From the NCBI GenBank assembly GCA_029265125.1, contig JAJUJX010000015.1:748-64747 (forward strand): a stretch of DNA of 64,000 nt, given 5' to 3'. Every line of letters begins with the position of its first letter. Position 1 is the first letter of the stretch. A program made the position numbers and the translations under genes. Below, one piece after another: positions 26,347-35,580 of this stretch. The DNA comes from Tolumonas sp. (GTDB lineage Bacteria > Pseudomonadota > Gammaproteobacteria > Enterobacterales > Aeromonadaceae). The notes beneath the pieces are model-generated. The model did not search any database. It was not told the DNA's origin and saw only the letters and a program-made list of their open reading frames with translations.

Positions 26347-28230
26347 TTAATCCGGGAAAGAATGAGCTAACTGCAGCTCTCGTAGCATGGATTGTTTTTT
26401 CATCTGATGTGACTGCATTCTGCGGAGGATATCATTCAATACCTGAACCGCACTAAGTACATAAGGCCCTTTATTTAGCATGACACACTCTGACCTGTGT
26501 CCCATCGCGGCATCAGTGATCTCTGCTCTGGATGGCAAACCTTCTTTAGCTAAGGTTTCCAGCACCTGAGTGGCCCAGATGACGGGAATATGGGCGGCTT
26601 CGCAGATCCAGAGAATTTCCTCCTGAACTTCGGCAAGACGTTCAAAACCACATTCCACAGCCAGATCTCCACGCGCGATCATGACGCCGCATTTTGGTGC
26701 TCGCATCGCGGTGAGTAGCATGTCCGGTAAATTCTCAAATGCCCTCCGGGTTTCAATTTTGAGAACTATCGCTGGTTGCTGCTTACCCAGTAGTTTCATA
26801 TGTTGTTGTAAGAGTTCTACATCCTCTGCACAATTGGCAAATGATAGTTCGACAATATCAGCGTGTTGAATGACAAATGGAAGATCATCCAGATCCTGCT
26901 GGGTCAATGCGGCCAGATGAAGATGGCTATCAGGCAGGTTAATTCCTTTATCACTACGTAATTTATCGCCCTGTATACGGGCATGAGTAATACGGACATG
27001 CACTTGACCGGGTTCAATTTTCTCGATAATGCCGCCTATTTTCCCATCATCAAAACGGATTGACTCACCAGATCGGATGTCATCAAATACTTCAGGTAAT
27101 GTGCAGCCAATATGAGCCGGGGTCAGGATATTACCTGCACTGTCCCTGCTGGCAGGACGCCCAGGCTTCAGATCTCTGGTGAGTAGTAACAAATCACCGG
27201 GGAAAAGCGTAATTGCATTTTCAGCTGGTGGCAGGTATCCGATGGATGTTTTTCGTTCACCATTACTATTTTTCCGCTCTAGTTGTAACTGCATGCCGGG
27301 TACGATATATGCCGACTTTGAAAGTTCAGCCCAACAACCGTGGTGCGTGGTATCCGCTATTTCGAAATACCGTTTAGATCCTCTGGTATCACGGAAAGAA
27401 ACAATGTCGTTCTTGCGCAGACGATGTAACCATTTTTCTGCAACAGGAACACAAACATCTGCTGTTGAGGGCGGTGGAGTTAGCGAAGGGTCTACAGTTA
27501 ACCAGATCCTGGCAGGGGCAACTATCCGGCCATAAGCATCGTGTTTGGGGCGAAGATGAATAACTGCCGGACCCGGCTCCATTGGCCCTGTTCGTAACTT
27601 AGGGCCGGCCAGATCCATCACAATACGACAAGGCATATCTAATGATTGCATCGCCATTTTCAGGTTTTGAATCATCTTAAGCCAAATATCGGCATTATCA
27701 TGCGCACAATTGATCCGCATACAGTCCATGCCTTGCTTCAGCAAATTATGTACTAGTGTGTAATCATCAGCAGCTTCACTGGGCATGGTAACCATGATCC
27801 GGACATCCCGTCCGGATGCATTTTCACCTAATAATGCATCCGTGTGTTCTTTGAGTAGCTCCTGTCCTTTAGTGAAATTGAGCTGGCTGTTTTTTTCAAA
27901 TCCGGCAGGAGAACTCTGGTTCAACCTGTGCAGCAAATACAAAACATTATCGAGGGAGGCCAGCACATGGGCTTCTGCACGTCCAAGCGAAGATAACCCT
28001 AATTCAGACAACTGACATTGCAAAGCACGCATATCATGGCGCCGCAGAGCCAGATAATGCAGTAAATTTACTGCACTATCATAAAAATCAGAATGAACCA
28101 ATTCTAAGTATTTTTGAGCAAAATCAGGTGCTGAGATCATGCTGTCGCGAATGGCGGAAAGTTTTTGGATCAATAATGGGATATCGGTACTTTCCCAGAC
28201 AGTTTTATTATTTTTCTTTCGCATGACCAT
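26347..28230 (-). CDS. Atypical pyruvate-kinase-fold protein (N-terminal extension, enlarged B-domain insert, no C-terminal allosteric domain)
   Basis: PK barrel signatures are present: MDCMRINCAHD, DLAGPKLRTG, LKIETRRAF, MIARGDLAVECG, VIWATQVLETL, PSRAEITDAA, MLNKG. The start is uncertain (ATG at 28278, 28230 or 28224); 28230 has the best AGGA spacing. Confidence 0.7.
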   Translation of the reverse strand: MVMRKKNNKTVWESTDIPLLIQKLSAIRDSMISAPDFAQKYLELVHSDFYDSAVNLLHYLALRRHDMRALQCQLSELGLSSLGRAEAHVLASLDNVLYLLHRLNQSSPAGFEKNSQLNFTKGQELLKEHTDALLGENASGRDVRIMVTMPSEAADDYTLVHNLLKQGMDCMRINCAHDNADIWLKMIQNLKMAMQSLDMPCRIVMDLAGPKLRTGPMEPGPAVIHLRPKHDAYGRIVAPARIWLTVDPSLTPPPSTADVCVPVAEKWLHRLRKNDIVSFRDTRGSKRYFEIADTTHHGCWAELSKSAYIVPGMQLQLERKNSNGERKTSIGYLPPAENAITLFPGDLLLLTRDLKPGRPASRDSAGNILTPAHIGCTLPEVFDDIRSGESIRFDDGKIGGIIEKIEPGQVHVRITHARIQGDKLRSDKGINLPDSHLHLAALTQQDLDDLPFVIQHADIVELSFANCAEDVELLQQHMKLLGKQQPAIVLKIETRRAFENLPDMLLTAMRAPKCGVMIARGDLAVECGFERLAEVQEEILWICEAAHIPVIWATQVLETLAKEGLPSRAEITDAAMGHRSECVMLNKGPYVLSAVQVLNDILRRMQSHQMKKQSMLRELQLAHSFPD

Positions 28231-28386
28231 GGTTATATCCTGATGAAATAAAGGCAAATTAATCTTAGGATAAGGCATATAAAAAATGTGGATTACAGAT
28301 CCATCTGTCTGATGAATATCACATAAATTAAATCGTCAAGATGAATAATATATGTAGAATATTTCTTTTTGTGTTGAGGTATAGAT

Positions 28387-28662
28387 ATGTCATTTCCTGT
28401 TGTTAACGACCTGAATAAACTGGCTTTATATATGCGTCCATCCTGCCCGTATTGTGTTCGTGTTGTTGATTTTTGCGAACAACATGGAATTGCTTTAGAA
28501 AACAGAAATATTGCAGAGGGCGTTCATTTGGAGGCTCTTATGACGGGAGGTGGTAAACGGCAGGTTCCTTGTCTGCAAATTGTTGATGTTAGTGGGCAAA
28601 ATCATTGGATGTATGAATCGATGGATATTATTCATTATCTCCAACAGCAATTTGCTGACTGA
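28387..28662 (+). CDS. Glutaredoxin-family protein (CPYC)
   Basis: The 91-aa product has the active site SCPYC, the later motif KRQVPCLQI and an RBS GAGGT. Confidence 0.8.
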   Translation: MSFPVVNDLNKLALYMRPSCPYCVRVVDFCEQHGIALENRNIAEGVHLEALMTGGGKRQVPCLQIVDVSGQNHWMYESMDIIHYLQQQFAD

Positions 28663-28844
28663 ATTTAGGTTTGAATGGGCGTCTATCATACAATGTGCCT
28701 ACATTGATAACGGGTGATAGACGCTAAGTTTACATGTTTATAGTTGCGGAATTACAAATCTGTCACAAAGCAGTGGTTTAGTGTCATACTGGATCTGGAT
28801 GTCTCAGATATCCGTTTTATCTTATCAGCCAGAGCATTCTAATT

Positions 28845-30152
28845 ATGACAAATAGTCTAATCTCCATAGCGGTATTAATCATTACCAGCGCTTTTTTCTC
28901 TGTCTCCGAAATTGCTTTAGCTGCCTCCCGTAGATTGAAATTGCAGCAACTTGCTGAGGCTGGGAGTGAGCCAGCCAATAAAGTGATCGCATTGCAGGAG
29001 CAACCAGGCCATTACTTCACTGTCGTACAGATAGGATTGAATGGTGTTGCGATTCTTGGTGGTATTATCGGTGAATCAGCTTTGACACCGTATGTCGCCG
29101 AGATTCTCCAGATGTGGCTTGCACCTCCGCTGCTGGATAGTCTCAGCTTTGCTGTTTCATTCATTATTGTTACATCAATGTTTATTCTATTTGCTGATTT
29201 GATTCCGAAGCGGCTGGCCATGATGGCACCTGAGCGCATTGCTACACATATTGTTACCCCTATGCTGTTCTGTGTGGCGATATTTAAACCATTGGTTTTT
29301 ATTTTCAATGGATTAGCGAACACATTGTTCAGAATGTTCAAACTGCCGACAACGCATAAAGAGGTCATTACACCAGATGATATCTACGCGATGATGTCTG
29401 CGGGCGCTCAGGCCGGAGTGCTGAGGGAGCAGGAACACCATCTGATAGAAAACGTTTTTGAGCTGGACTCGAAAACAGTGCCATCTACGATGACATCACG
29501 AGACAGCATAATTTATTTTGATCGTCGAGAAACTGAAGATGAGATCAAACTGAAAATTGCGGAGCACCCTCATTCCAAGTTTCTGGTTTGTGATGGCAAT
29601 ATTGATACGGTTCTTGGCTATGTTGATTCGAAAGATATTTTGCTGCGAGTGCTCAATAAACAGCCTATTTCTCTAACCGACGAAAAGTTAATTCATACAC
29701 CACTTATTATTCCTGACACACTAACACTGACAGAAGCTCTTGAAAGTTTCAAAGGGTCGCGAGAAGACATCGCGGTAATTCTGAATGAATATGCTCTGGT
29801 CGTTGGCATTATTACTCTCAACGATATTATGAATACCTTGATGGGAGATTTGGTCAACCAGCATCAGGAGGAACAAATCATTCAGCGCGATGATCATTCC
29901 TGGCTTATTGATGGCATAGCTCCTATTGATGACGTGATGAGAGTTTTAAATATTGAGTCATTCCCAGAATATGAAAATTATGAAACTATCGCTGGTTTCA
30001 TGATGTTTATGCTGCGGAAAATTCCTAAACGCACCGACTCAGTAACGTATGCAGGTTATAAGTTTGAGGTTGTGGACATTGATAGTTACAAGATTGATCA
30101 GCTATTAGTGACTCAGGTCATACAACAAGAATCTGAAAGCGGTAGCGCGTAG
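28845..30152 (+). CDS. ytfL: CNNM/DUF21-CBS-CorC_HlyC family membrane protein
   Basis: The 435-aa product is near-colinear with E. coli YtfL (FFS.SEI.LAASR..KL..LA..G ... FFTVVQIGLN.VAILGGI.G ... EHPHSKFLVC ... NEYALVVGIITLND ... YETI.GFMMFMLRKIPKRTDSV..AGYKFEVVDID.Y.IDQLLVT). Confidence 0.9.
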   Translation: MTNSLISIAVLIITSAFFSVSEIALAASRRLKLQQLAEAGSEPANKVIALQEQPGHYFTVVQIGLNGVAILGGIIGESALTPYVAEILQMWLAPPLLDSLSFAVSFIIVTSMFILFADLIPKRLAMMAPERIATHIVTPMLFCVAIFKPLVFIFNGLANTLFRMFKLPTTHKEVITPDDIYAMMSAGAQAGVLREQEHHLIENVFELDSKTVPSTMTSRDSIIYFDRRETEDEIKLKIAEHPHSKFLVCDGNIDTVLGYVDSKDILLRVLNKQPISLTDEKLIHTPLIIPDTLTLTEALESFKGSREDIAVILNEYALVVGIITLNDIMNTLMGDLVNQHQEEQIIQRDDHSWLIDGIAPIDDVMRVLNIESFPEYENYETIAGFMMFMLRKIPKRTDSVTYAGYKFEVVDIDSYKIDQLLVTQVIQQESESGSA

Positions 30153-30336
30153 GTATAGCTGAGTTATTGTACAGTGATAGTGCGAGTAAAAAACTGCTAA
30201 GCTAGCTAATTGTTACAACTCTGCTTCAGAAATATGACATAGTTAATAGAAGTCATACATGCTTCTGGTATATAGTCGACATCCATTGTGTGGACGCATA
30301 TGACTAACTGAAACCTTGCATTTGAAGGAGAAAGGC

Positions 30337-30831
30337 GTGAGTAATATTAAGCAGCGCTATGAGTTGTTGGTGCAGGAAAGAGGCTGGGATAGCGAAACCC
30401 AACTACAATTTTTTCTTGCATATGCTGAGGAATATAATCTTGCAGACCATTATCTTTCCTATCTGGGGTTGAAACCTGCGGCAAAGACAAAGAATCTGGT
30501 TTCATCAAAAGAATACCCGATTGAGCGCCTCATTGAATTGGTTGTCAAAAACGACAGGATCACTGAAGTGATTAAAGAAAATGCACTGGCTGTCGCTGAT
30601 GATAATCCATGGACAGATGCAACGATCATTAAGTGTATTGCAGATGGAATATCAGTAGCCGTTGATCCTGCTGATCGCAAATTAATGAAAGAGTTAGTGA
30701 CATATTTTAATTTACGGCATACATCGTTTTCTCACCCTCAGCCAGATATGTCTCAGCAGGCTGAAACAAAACCTACGGATGGTGATGATTATTTTGAAAA
30801 GCTGTTCAAACAATATGCAAATTTTGGTTGA
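30337..30831 (+). CDS. Hypothetical protein (164 aa)
   Basis: I prefer the GTG at 30337, 6 nt after GAAGGAG, over the listed TTG at 30316. I recognise no motif. The gene ends 43 nt before a strong shared terminator. Confidence 0.5.
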   Translation: MSNIKQRYELLVQERGWDSETQLQFFLAYAEEYNLADHYLSYLGLKPAAKTKNLVSSKEYPIERLIELVVKNDRITEVIKENALAVADDNPWTDATIIKCIADGISVAVDPADRKLMKELVTYFNLRHTSFSHPQPDMSQQAETKPTDGDDYFEKLFKQYANFG

Positions 30832-30873
30832 TAAATCAGCTAGAAATATCACTCATTCTGTATTGTATCTATA

Positions 30874-30908
30874 AAATAAACGGCGGCAGGCAATGCCGCC
30901 GTTTATTT
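30874..30908. terminator. Bidirectional terminator with a perfect 15-bp stem
   Basis: AAATAAACGGCGGCAggcaaTGCCGCCGTTTATTT followed by TT. It overlaps the last codons of the minus-strand small ORF. Confidence 0.85.
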
Positions 30909-31151
30909 TTTCATACCCAAAATACCGAGCCATACAGATCCGAGCCTGAGTCCACGTTCTATCGCCTTTTGGTATGAAGCATGTGGGCCCTCAGTATCAT
31001 TCAGCTGAGGGAAAACACCGTATTTATCAGAGATAACCTGATAGGAAACGCGCCAGAACCAGTCGGGTGGGTACGAGGTTGCAATGATCCGAATAGCGCC
31101 GTTATGAAACGTGAATTTGGTTTCCCGTGACTCGGGGACTTGGTGCTCCAT
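30903..31151 (-). CDS. Hypothetical small protein (82 aa from the ATG at 31151)
   Basis: The internal ATG at 31151 has an AAGGA RBS at 7 nt, whereas the listed start at 31208 has none. It lies downstream of the Sel1 gene on the same strand, and I recognise no motif. Confidence 0.45.
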   Translation of the reverse strand: MEHQVPESRETKFTFHNGAIRIIATSYPPDWFWRVSYQVISDKYGVFPQLNDTEGPHASYQKAIERGLRLGSVWLGILGMKK

Positions 31152-31257
31152 CAGTATTCCTTTATTGTAGTAATCTGCATCCACACTCATTAGGTGAAAG
31201 AATATCATTCTACACCAGATATCTAAAACGGGTTTGTCTCCGGCAGATAAAGGGATC

Positions 31258-32103
31258 TTATTTAAGTGCGTATTTGTTCAGATATTCAGTTGCCAGAATC
31301 TGAGCTTCAAAGAGATCAGTGTCAGATAGTTGCGACGCGATCGAATCTCTTGACTTTATTGCATCCTGATTATTTTTTGCAGCCACTGACAGCCAGGCGT
31401 AAGCTTGTTTCAGATCTTGCCTGACACCCAGCCCTTCGAAATACATGCCACCTAGAAATGCCTGTGCATTAGAGTTTCCTTGTGTTGCTGATTTGAGATA
31501 CCAATCAGCTGCTTGCACAAAATCCTGGGTAAATCCCTGCCCCTGATAATACATAGTACCGAGGCGAAACTGTGCGTTATCATCACCTTGTTCTGCTGCG
31601 TTTCGATACCAATATGCAGCTTGCTGATAACTTTGATATACCCATTGCCCCTCAAAATACATAGCACCAACCAGCACCATAGGGTTTAGGCTTATCTGAC
31701 GGGCGGCTTTCTGAAACCAGAATGATGCCTGCTGATTGCTTTGTGTAATTCCTTTGCCTTCGTAATACATTGAGCCTAAAAGTGCCTGCGCATTGACATC
31801 TCCATGTTCAGCGACCTTTTGCAACCAGTATGCGGCCTGTTTGTAATCCTGAGGCGTTCCGTTCCCTTGAAAATACATTGAGGCAAGCAATATCTGAGCA
31901 TATCTGTTGCCTGTTTCTGCAGATGCTTTGCAGTAATTAAATGCTTTATCTGGATTATTTCTGGTATCTAGCGAGACGCAGCGCTGAGTGGACGCAATAC
32001 TATTCTTTTTCAGATTTTCTGTTGTGCCGGATTGGTCGGAAGAAGAACAGCCGTAAAGAATGCTCACAGCCAATAGAGAAAAGATTAATTTTGTCGTAAA
32101 CAT
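31258..32103 (-). CDS. Sel1-repeat (SLR/TPR-like) lipoprotein
   Basis: It has a lipobox LAVSILYGC and about 6 tandem Sel1 units (A..LG.MY..G.G..QD...A..W..KAA.QG...AQ). Confidence 0.8.
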   Translation of the reverse strand: MFTTKLIFSLLAVSILYGCSSSDQSGTTENLKKNSIASTQRCVSLDTRNNPDKAFNYCKASAETGNRYAQILLASMYFQGNGTPQDYKQAAYWLQKVAEHGDVNAQALLGSMYYEGKGITQSNQQASFWFQKAARQISLNPMVLVGAMYFEGQWVYQSYQQAAYWYRNAAEQGDDNAQFRLGTMYYQGQGFTQDFVQAADWYLKSATQGNSNAQAFLGGMYFEGLGVRQDLKQAYAWLSVAAKNNQDAIKSRDSIASQLSDTDLFEAQILATEYLNKYALK

Positions 32104-32280
32104 AGGATACGCCTTATATGTTGAAATATAAGAAAATTAATTTAACTACTTTCAGTTTAGAACGTCTGGACGGAAGCGCAACGTATTGCACTACTTAGTG
32201 TTTCCATTTGAATTACTGGTTCAGAAACGGTGGAGCGGGGATAATGTCTCTTTATCTGTTTAACTCCAAAGAGCTAATTG

Positions 32281-32937
32281 ATGTCTGCACAACCTGACGG
32301 ATTCACTGTTATCCTTGAACAGCCTGACTTTATTATCGTGAACAAGATGATTGATATTGATATGCATGATGATGAAGGTGTTCCTGGGCTGGTATCTCGG
32401 GTATCTGCATTTTTGGGAATCCATGTTTATCCTGTACACAGATTAGATAAGGTAACGTCAGGGTTAGTTTTGTTAGCGAAAAATAAAGAAGCTAACCGAA
32501 CTTTAAGTCAGTTGTTTGCTGACAAACAAATCCGGAAAACCTATCTGGCTATTAGTGATCGTTTACCGAAAAAAAAGCAGGGATGGATCAAAGGTGATAT
32601 GGCTAAAGGACGAAATGGCAGCTGGAAATTACTGCATTCGCTCGAAAACCCTGCTATCACCTATTTTCAGAGCCTGTCTCTTCCTATACCAAGACATCGT
32701 CTTTATGTTGTATCCCCACAAACCGGAAAAACACACCAAATCCGCGTTGCGTTGAAAAGTATCGGAGCACCTATCCTCGGTGATGTTCGATATGGTGGAT
32801 CACCTGATGCCCGGACTTATCTCCATGCCTGGTTCCTGCATTTTTCTTATGCCGGAGCAGAATATAACGTAGAAGCCCCTCATGGATGGGGTGAAAAAAT
32901 AGGCGATCCCGCATCTCTGCAAAATTTTATCCCATAA
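32281..32937 (+). CDS. RluA-family pseudouridine synthase
   Basis: It has the catalytic motif HRLDKVTSGLVLLAK, then KTYLAI and TGKTHQIRV. I prefer the ATG at 32281 to the listed TTG at 32278. Confidence 0.8.
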   Translation: MSAQPDGFTVILEQPDFIIVNKMIDIDMHDDEGVPGLVSRVSAFLGIHVYPVHRLDKVTSGLVLLAKNKEANRTLSQLFADKQIRKTYLAISDRLPKKKQGWIKGDMAKGRNGSWKLLHSLENPAITYFQSLSLPIPRHRLYVVSPQTGKTHQIRVALKSIGAPILGDVRYGGSPDARTYLHAWFLHFSYAGAEYNVEAPHGWGEKIGDPASLQNFIP

Positions 32938-33287
32938 AAATCATTTTCTTGTTATCTTATTGGATTGAAGTGAGCTTTTTGGTTGTATTTTCAGTTTTTT
33001 ATTCTGAGAATTTGGTTTGTAATAAGCATTACTTCTGGAATCGGGGCTAACTATAAGAGCAAAAACCAGTACAAAGATAATATTTCTTGATTTTTGACTG
33101 GTTGCACCATTTTGGTGTCTCTGCATGGTGCCTGGAGTGGTCAAATATCTGTGAACCCGTGTTTTTCGCAGAATTATGTTGTTGTTCACTTTGGCCTGAT
33201 AGTTGCTTTGATTCATACCAAGTGCAGCTGAACGATAGCTAGCATGGATTCAATAATCTTATTCACTCAACCTGGCAGGGAAGATAT

Positions 33288-34316
33288 ATGTCAAAACTAA
33301 AATATATAACAGGTGTTGCTTCTGCAGTTGCTTTATTGATCGCCGGTAGTGCTCAGGCAGCATCAGGTGACACGTTAGCGAATGTTAAGAAAAAAGGTTA
33401 TGTGCAATGTGGTGTGAATGACGGTCTGCCTGGTTTCTCCAGCCCTAATTCTAAGGGTGTATGGGAAGGTATGGACGTTGATTTGTGCCGTGCAGTTGCT
33501 GCGGCTGTTTTTTCTGATGCAAGCAAAGTGAAATATATCCCGCTGGGTGGTAAAGAACGTTTTACCGCATTGCAATCAGGTGAAGTGGATATTCTGTCCC
33601 GTAACACCACCTGGACTATGACTCGTGATGCAACTCTGGGTCTGAAATCAACAGCGACCACGTATTACGATGGTCAGGGTTTTCTGGTCAATAAATCTTT
33701 GGGCGTGAAGAGTGCTAAAGAGCTGGATGGCGCCACTATCTGTACAGAAGGTGGTACTACCACTGAGATGAACATGGCCGATTACTTCCACGCGAACAAT
33801 ATGAAATATACCCCAGTGGTATTTGATAACACTGACCAAACTGTTAAAGGTTTCGAGTCAGGCCGTTGTGACGTGCTGACTTCTGATAAATCGCAACTTT
33901 TTGCAGTGAAAATCAAACTCGCAAAACCCGATGATGTTGAAGTATTGCCAGAAATCATTTCCAAAGAGCCTTTAGGTCCGATGGTTCGTCAGGGTGATGA
34001 ACAATGGGAGCTGTTGGTCAAATGGACCGTATTCTCCATGATCAACGCGGAAGAGCTGGGTGTAACCAGCAAGAATGCGGATGAAATGCTGAAGTCTGGC
34101 AGCCCGGATGTGAAACGTCTGCTGGGTGCTGACGCTCCGGATGGTACAACTCTGGGTGCGGTAAAAGACTGGGGTTACCAGATCGTGAAACAGGTAGGTA
34201 ACTACGCTGAAGTGTTCGATCGTAACGTCGGTAAAGATTCTCCGCTGAAAATTGTTCGTACTGAGAACAATCTGTGGAATAAAGGCGGCTTCTTATACGC
34301 GCCACCTATACGTTAA
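33288..34316 (+). CDS. aapJ: General L-amino-acid ABC transporter, periplasmic binding protein (AapJ/YhdW family)
   Basis: It has a signal peptide ending AQA and a family-3 SBP. It is the first gene of a four-gene J-Q-M-P operon. Confidence 0.8.
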   Translation: MSKLKYITGVASAVALLIAGSAQAASGDTLANVKKKGYVQCGVNDGLPGFSSPNSKGVWEGMDVDLCRAVAAAVFSDASKVKYIPLGGKERFTALQSGEVDILSRNTTWTMTRDATLGLKSTATTYYDGQGFLVNKSLGVKSAKELDGATICTEGGTTTEMNMADYFHANNMKYTPVVFDNTDQTVKGFESGRCDVLTSDKSQLFAVKIKLAKPDDVEVLPEIISKEPLGPMVRQGDEQWELLVKWTVFSMINAEELGVTSKNADEMLKSGSPDVKRLLGADAPDGTTLGAVKDWGYQIVKQVGNYAEVFDRNVGKDSPLKIVRTENNLWNKGGFLYAPPIR

Positions 34317-34329
34317 TCGCATCAGGATT

Positions 34330-34352
34330 GGGCGGGAAAATCCCGCCCTTTT
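34330..34352 (+). terminator. Intra-operon attenuating hairpin after the binding-protein gene
   Basis: GGGCGGGAaaaTCCCGCCCtttt. This arrangement is typical of ABC operons, where it supports SBP over-expression. Confidence 0.7.
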
Positions 34353-34385
34353 AAGTTAAGAGTTTTACTGGAGTTAACATTTAGC

Positions 34386-35579
34386 ATGCCTGCTGAAAAC
34401 TCAAATAATCGCAATAATGCGGCTGCTACCCGCTGGATTTATGATCCTAAAGTACGTGGAATTCTATTTCAGGCGATTGCTATTGCATGTGTGGCATGGA
34501 TGCTGTTCTATTTTGTCAGCAATGCCCTGCATAATATGGATGCGCGAGGAATCGCTACAGGTTTTTCTTTTCTGGATAACCGAGCCAGCTTTGGGATTGT
34601 CCAGACGCTGATATCTTATACGGAAGATGATACCTATGGCCGGGCGTTTGTGATCGGCTTGCTGAATACCTTACTGGTTTCGGGGATTGGTATTGTACTG
34701 GCTACCGTCCTTGGTTTCCTGATTGGTATTGCCCGTTTATCAAACAACTGGCTTTTAAGTCGCGCTGCAGCTGTATATATAGAGGTATTTCGTAACATTC
34801 CTTTGCTGCTGCAAGTCTTCTTCTGGTATTTCTGTGTATTACGGGCTTTGCCTGCTCCTCGGCAGAGTATAAATGTTGCTGATGCTTTTTTTCTGAATGT
34901 CCGCGGTTTATATGTTCCTGCGCCGATAGCAGAAAACGGGTTTTCAGTAGTGACTGTTGCCTTTGTCATTGCCGCTATTGGTGCTGTGTTCCTACGGAAA
35001 TGGGCTAAAAAACGTAAAGAGCTGACTGGTCAGCCATTCCCCGTATTTTGGGGGACTTTGGGTGTCTTGTTCGGACTACCATTGATTGTATTTTTCATTG
35101 CAGGAATGCCATTACATTGGGAATTACCAGCTCTGAAAGGGTTCAATTTCCGAGGTGGTATTACCATCATTCCAGAGTTATTTTCTATGGTGGTTGCACT
35201 GACCATTTTTACTGCAGCTTCTATCGCTGAAATTGTACGTTCAGGGATCATGGCGGTATCAAAAGGTCAGGTTGAGGCAGCTCATGCGTTGGGTCTGAAA
35301 AATGGACTGACTCTGCGTTTTGTTGTCATCCCTCAGGCAATGCGAGTGATCATTCCACCGTTAACCAGCCAATATCTGAATCTGGTGAAAAACTCATCAT
35401 TAGCGACAGCGGTAGGGTATCCGGATCTGGTGTCTGTTTTCATGGGCAGCACGCTGAACCAGACGGGGCAGGCTGTTGAAATCATAGCCATGACCATGGC
35501 GGTCTATCTGACTATTAGTTTAGTGACTTCTGTTCTGATGAATATTTATAACGCGAAGAAAGCGTTAGTGGAGCGTTAA
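34386..35579 (+). CDS. aapQ: Amino-acid ABC transporter permease (AapQ/YhdX family)
   Basis: The 397-aa polytopic protein has an EAA-type loop (EIVRSGIMAVSKGQVEAAHALGL). Confidence 0.8.
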   Translation: MPAENSNNRNNAAATRWIYDPKVRGILFQAIAIACVAWMLFYFVSNALHNMDARGIATGFSFLDNRASFGIVQTLISYTEDDTYGRAFVIGLLNTLLVSGIGIVLATVLGFLIGIARLSNNWLLSRAAAVYIEVFRNIPLLLQVFFWYFCVLRALPAPRQSINVADAFFLNVRGLYVPAPIAENGFSVVTVAFVIAAIGAVFLRKWAKKRKELTGQPFPVFWGTLGVLFGLPLIVFFIAGMPLHWELPALKGFNFRGGITIIPELFSMVVALTIFTAASIAEIVRSGIMAVSKGQVEAAHALGLKNGLTLRFVVIPQAMRVIIPPLTSQYLNLVKNSSLATAVGYPDLVSVFMGSTLNQTGQAVEIIAMTMAVYLTISLVTSVLMNIYNAKKALVER

Positions 35580-35580
35580 T

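Noticed and set aside
32941-33216. A 91-aa basic ORF with one hydrophobic segment in the long aapJ upstream region.
   Set aside because: It has no Shine-Dalgarno, a low-complexity Asn/Lys/Gln composition, and would end 3 nt from the convergent rluA-like stop. I treat the region as non-coding.
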